Origin: Nemertoderma westbladi
Taxonomy: Eukaryota; Animalia; Xenacoelomorpha
Length of the DNA stretch: 64,000 nucleotides
NCBI GenBank assembly: GCA_032718475.1
Contig: JAUCBJ010008400.1
Location: 1-64,000, forward strand
Direction: 5' to 3'
In this document: positions 58,639-64,000 of the stretch, piece after piece
Numbering within the stretch: the first letter of the stretch is position 1
Layout: every line of letters starts with the position of its first letter
Notes under the pieces: model-generated
What the model saw: the letters and a program-made list of their open reading frames with translations, nothing else
What the model was told of the DNA's origin: nothing
The model's database searches: none
Program-made: the position numbers and the translations under genes

Positions 58639-61600
58639 TGTTTGGTTCCCGATAAATTGGTATATTGTTTTTTTTCATAGGTTTTTCGACCTTTGTTTGA
58701 TAGTGACCCCAGGGAAGCGAATGATTTTTATTAACCCAATAAAGTTTATCATCAAATGCGCTGAGAGCAAACTTATCTCATGCTATAGTATACACTTTGT
58801 GTAATTTACTCTGAAATTGATGTGTTTCTTTTGAAATTTCTTCGTTATCGTAATAATATGCCCTCAAATAATCTTTGTGACAAATATTTTTATCCACGAC
58901 AGCTCTTGTTATTCCTTTCGCCCGTCATATGTTGGATTCATTGAATTCCAAAATTGAATATAATTTTGGTCTTAAAAATACTGCTTGTTTAATCTCTCGT
59001 GAGGCTAGTTCATCTTTACAGTAATAGAGCCTGGATTTATTTTTATCGCTGTAAAGAGGGTGATCCTTGGGGTAATTGGATGTATCTAGAATATTATTTT
59101 TAATTAAGGCTTTTAAAAAATTATTCTGCGATGTATTATAGTAACAACCTATTAAAGAGTCCATGTCTGATGCTACAATTTCAATTCGACAGTTTAATTC
59201 TTTCTCAATAGGTAGCAATTTATCGTAATACAGCTGATACATATCCAATTTAGCCAAGTCCAAGACAGTACAACCTACATAGACTGGTTTATCGAGAGTT
59301 ACAGAGTCTTTCACTAATAAATGTCCCGATAAGGAATCGTTATAAATCATGAAATTTTCATGATTTATACGTTTGACTAATTGGTCACATTTTTCTTTAC
59401 TATTTGCGATACGAAAGTTGCATCGATCCCGTATATTCTCTATAGTTTTACCAAATAAAGAATTGTTCAGCAATTTCGCGACAGCTGTTTCAATATAACT
59501 TTTTGCTAGTCGCCTTTGATTAATATTAAAATCTATATAGGGTTTAAATACAAAGTCTTGATGGAAAGAATATAATTTATGGAGCTTAGTAACAATTAAA
59601 CCTTGTTTTATATAAAATTTTAACAGTTTTAAATTTACATGATAGAATTCTTTATCGAATTGTGTCAACATAAGTTTCGGTGCACACATCTTATACTTGC
59701 TATTAGTGCCTCTTTGTTTACAAACATTGTTAAATTGTTCCCTCATATAAGGTGAAAGCATTGTCTTATTTATACTTAAATGTTCTGGAGCTAAGGGTAG
59801 TTCTAATGTACGATCGTGAATATCTTTGGGATATTTCAAATCGCAAATTAAGAAAAACCCAATATCACCTTCAGTATCAAGATTTGTTAAATATTTTATC
59901 AGTTCTTATGGAGCAGCATTCTCTAAATATGTTACGTTGACTTGTTCAAAACCTGAAACAGGTAGCTTTTTACTTAAATTACCAGAATACAAGGAATTAA
60001 AATCTATATTGAAAATATGACACTCTTCCTTGCTTGGATCATAATTATCAGTATCTGGTATATTTGATTCTATGTAATGCTTTCGACAGAATGAAACCCC
60101 TCCTCTAATAGATGCTTCAAAATCTCTATATGTTTGGTAATCTTTTATTAATGTTAACTTACATTTATTGTATTTCAGGGCGCAATCATAAGTGAAAGCT
60201 GCGATACTGCAATAATAAACTACTTCTAATTCGTAGTTTTGTCTACACACTCTCCTAAAGTTCTCAAATATATCAGCGAGGAGACAAACATCGAGTTTTA
60301 AGTATGCTAAAAGATAATCCTTGAGATTCACACAGTCAAACTGACTCCATGATGCGTTGGCAAAACTATATTCCTCGGGTGTACAGGTATTTTGTGTTAA
60401 TTTACTATAAAATTTGTCTATTGGTGGTAATTTCGAATCATTGAATTTATTTAAATCTGTCAGATACTCGTAGGGAAATATACCTTTTCGTTTAATTGTT
60501 GCGTTATTTAAATTTGGATAAAAATATTTCATTTGCTGTTCAGTAATTGGTAGAACTGATGTTATATCCTCGCTGTCTATATCCTTTGTTGAACAATCAA
60601 CTAAAGTACTTAGGGAAAAGGATAAAAATTGATATGTGTCTAAGACACGTAGCTCGATCTTAGTTTTTTCATCTTTTACTGGTATATGCATACTTAGTGA
60701 AATATACCTTTCAGAATTTTTAGGGATCACCTTTATATCCCAATCGGAATATTTATTATTGCTAAAACCAACTTGTAAAAGAAAATGCAAATCGTAGAGA
60801 TTGCAGTTGTGTGCAGCGAGTATATACATGTGTCGTTTCAACGATAAAGAGCGGTTACATGCGTTACAAGCGGCCGCTATATAGTTACCAGTAATATGTG
60901 AGTGATGTTTGTTTTTCTCAGACTTATCCTTAAATAAAACATTGCAATAAAAGCAAGTTTTAGCTTTCCAAAAACTTAACTTATCTACATCATTAAGTGT
61001 CATTCTCTCTCTTGTGTGGTCTTCCGACCACTTATATAATTGGGTGATGTCATTATATACAGAGTCTAAAAAGTCTTGAATACAGTTGTTGTCGATTGTT
61101 TTTGTAAAGGTCTTCAAATAAAATTTTGGTGGATTGATTAATTCACTACTAGGAACAATTAAATAACTTACAGCGCAAGGAATATGATTCTGAATAAATT
61201 TACTGTTGCTGGCTGGCTCCAAAATAGATTCTATGTCAAAATATATTACAAACAATGCTGGTAATGTTCTGTCTAAATTTCTAAAGCTAATGTGAGTTCT
61301 TTTTTCAGATGGTAGCTTCTCAACTTGACTTTTTCCTCGATAACAAGCAAGATGGTGACGTTCTAGAACATCATTGGTGTAGAAAGGCGCCAAACACCGT
61401 TCACAATATTTCCTACCACGAGTATGAAGAGCTCTCGTATTCATCAAACGATTCAAGTTAGTTATGCAAACATAATGTGATTGTTTACTCGTATTCTTAT
61501 TTTTTACAAGTAATATATTCAATAACTCTTTATCTGGAGTGATTTTACTAAATGGTGCCTGTCTTAATATAGATACTCGATTGTTGTTGTAGAGTAATAA

Positions 61601-62641
61601 ATTAATTATATATGCTGAATTCTGTTTTTCAAAAAGTGTAATTGCAAGCGGCCATTTTGTTGGATAATCTTTGTTCCCATTGTCAAAAATGAAATGACTC
61701 ATATAATCTGTGTACTGTGAAGTACGATATTTGTGATCTTTCACTTTGCTACTAAATTTTGTAGCTATAATTGCCCATTTAAAACAATCATTATCAGCCG
61801 TTTGTATATTTATAACACATTTTTTAACTGATAGAGCCTTAGGTAACTCCATATAACCGTGTCCCTTATATAGTAACGACCTACACTTGGATTCAGCTAC
61901 TTTAATTTCAACCCTTAATAAAGATTTAACACGCCACCCTGAACCACGAGTGTTAAACATGGCTATTTTTTGCATTAATTTTTCTAATACATACTCAAAC
62001 CATGTGTCAAAACTTTCATGTGAATCTACGGTATTAACTGCACTACCTGAAGAACTAAAATAGAAAGCTTCTTCTTGATCACCCTCTGAAAAATGTGATC
62101 GATACATGAGTATATTCACACCTAGCCAGGGTCTAAGTACATTCATTTCGCTAAGTTTTCCTAATAATAAAGTTTGGATGTGAGGTAGAATTTTAATTAA
62201 TGATGAATGAATATCAGGAAAATCTTCATCATTTGGAAGATTGTAAACATAGATTTCTAAACGGTTATCGTGTGCGGCTCGTTCAATGTTAAAAATTGAT
62301 GAACCTTGACCAGATTTCAGTCTTTTTCTAGATACGATAGTATTGTTTTGGTTCCGTTGTGGTGGTGGTCTAACATGATAATAACGTTGGTGACAGTCGT
62401 GACGTAAGTAATTCTCATATAAATACTCTTTATTACAAGTAGGGCAAGTTTTTTCATAGATGCAAAACTTCATTTCTTTACATCCTGTAGTTGTTTCATG
62501 TCGTTTACATATTTCTTCACGTGAACATTTCACTCGACAATTAAAACAATTGTATTCTTCAAAATGAGATTTCACATGTGTTAAATAATTTCGTTTAGAA
62601 ATTTGAAGAGGACAAAATGGACATTTCAATTGTTTATCCAT
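58620..62641 (-). pseudogene. Protein-primed PolB with N-terminal zinc fingers/terminal-protein region, frameshifted (~59900, ~58925)
   Basis: CPFC..H...H fingers, GSGW, YFDIES, endonuclease-VII-like insert, DFNSLYS, KLLNNSLFGK; DTD changed to DMD. Lower boundary approximate. Confidence 0.92.
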
Positions 62642-63196
62642 CTCTTTATTATCCTAAAAACAATTTAAAATTAATATGAATATTGTTATATATATAATAA
62701 AAAAAAACTCATAAGCTACTCAACACAAATAAAATATAATATCTAAACTTTAATTAATTTAATATTTTCAGAATGAGCTCGATTGAATCAGTTGAGCTCT
62801 TTATATATATATATTTCAAGTTTCTACTTATACCAACCAATCATAAATAACAGTTACATTGGAAACTAATATCATAAATAAAGTTGCTTTTACAACTGAA
62901 TTCTTTATAATAAAATCAAGTCTAAACCAAGATGTGCATAATGCGTTTTTAATTTTCATTGATAAAGTAGGTTTTACATGCAAATGTTTTATTATGGTGG
63001 TGTAAACTCATGCATTTACATGCGAATGTTTTATACCTAATCCCGTGCTCACATTAAATATAAACTATCACGAATATTTACTCAATAAAGTCACCTTTAC
63101 ATGCAAATACTTTATAATAATCACGCTTTGTGATAAAAAGTTACCTTTACAAGTCAGTGTGAAACTGAAAAAGAAAAGTCTCTAGTTAATAATAAA

Positions 63197-64000
63197 TCAA
63201 TCTGATACTGTTTTTATATGTTCCTTATTGTAATCTGCTACCTCTTCACTTGCTTTTGTAACTTTTATTTTCTTTGTAGGTATAGAATCATTGTTGGGAA
63301 TGGAAGATGTTTGAGATGTAGATCTGCGCTTTCTATCACTCGAGGTCTCTTCGATGTATGTCTTTGGATTAAATGTGGATGAAACTACTTCTGGAAATGA
63401 CTTATTAACCTTAAACTTCCAAGTTGGTTGATATAGAATCGCGAAACCGTCTGCTATATCAGTTGATGAAACATTTAACATCATATCGTAGAGAAACTCT
63501 ATATATGGTATGTCTTTATCGTAATGTAACTGTAAATATTTGCTTTCCTTGTCTGTAATAATTACTTTTTTTTCTTGTACATTTATTTTTACTTTAAGTC
63601 GGTCAGATAAAGCTTTATCGTCCGTATCTAGCTCTGAAAAGACACCTTCGTTACTAATTTCATAATTCCATTCATACCACAATGAATTTACTTCCGATGC
63701 TGTTAAGTTAAACCCATTATAATACCTAAGACCAATAGCATCAGAATATCTAGCTGAAATCTCCCATAGTCCCATATAAGTCGTTCCTTTATATTTGCTT
63801 ACAAAACCAACAAAAGATGGGTTGGTTAAATTAACAACAGAACACTGATTTATTATTTCGAGTGGTGGTGATAACAATTCTAATATTTCTGTCTTACTCT
63901 GAAGCAATAATTTAATGAGTGATTTGTTTAGAATTTGACATTTGCCTTGCTTCTGAGTATATACGTTTTCAGTAATAACACAGGTGGAAATATTTAACTT
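63197..64000 (-). CDS. Polinton protein with a PC4-like (ssDNA-binding) segment; frame open to the window edge
   Basis: FVSKYKGTTYMGLWE...NGFNLTASEVNSL resembles the PC4 pattern; no in-frame stop between 63907 and 64000. Confidence 0.5.
   Translation of the reverse strand, partial: KLNISTCVITENVYTQKQGKCQILNKSLIKLLLQSKTEILELLSPPLEIINQCSVVNLTNPSFVGFVSKYKGTTYMGLWEISARYSDAIGLRYYNGFNLTASEVNSLWYEWNYEISNEGVFSELDTDDKALSDRLKVKINVQEKKVIITDKESKYLQLHYDKDIPYIEFLYDMMLNVSSTDIADGFAILYQPTWKFKVNKSFPEVVSSTFNPKTYIEETSSDRKRRSTSQTSSIPNNDSIPTKKIKVTKASEEVADYNKEHIKTVSD

Larger units (their letters stand above)
47163..64000. mobile_element. Polinton/Maverick copy B, left terminus intact, continues past the window
   Basis: AGTAGT terminus at 47163 and the full gene set in the same order as copy A. 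Confidence 0.95.

Overview
Animal-type (invertebrate-like) AT-rich genomic DNA made almost entirely of nested mobile elements; I can support no host gene. The main features are two related Polinton/Maverick (adintovirus-like) endogenous viruses. Copy A (~10590-26217) is truncated inside pPolB. Copy B starts at an AGTAGT terminus at 47163 and runs off the window. Both carry the core set: packaging ATPase, RVE integrase with chromodomain, penton, double-jelly-roll capsid, adenain protease and protein-primed PolB. They also carry accessory genes: a TATA-binding-protein (TBP)-fold ORF directly after pPolB, a second tandem penton, a RING ligase and a DEDD-like nuclease, plus a PC4-like ORF in copy B. 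The rest of the window holds a decayed BEL/Pao retrotransposon, RTE and RTEX-type LINEs (one with a ~240-bp target duplication), a Penelope fragment and a TA-flanked MITE. It also holds a family of apparently pol-less LTR elements with conserved, covarying RNA structures and hairpin arrays, and two different tRNA-like plus type I hammerhead-ribozyme elements, each inserted as a long inverted repeat. All assignments come from motif recognition by eye; no database search was run.
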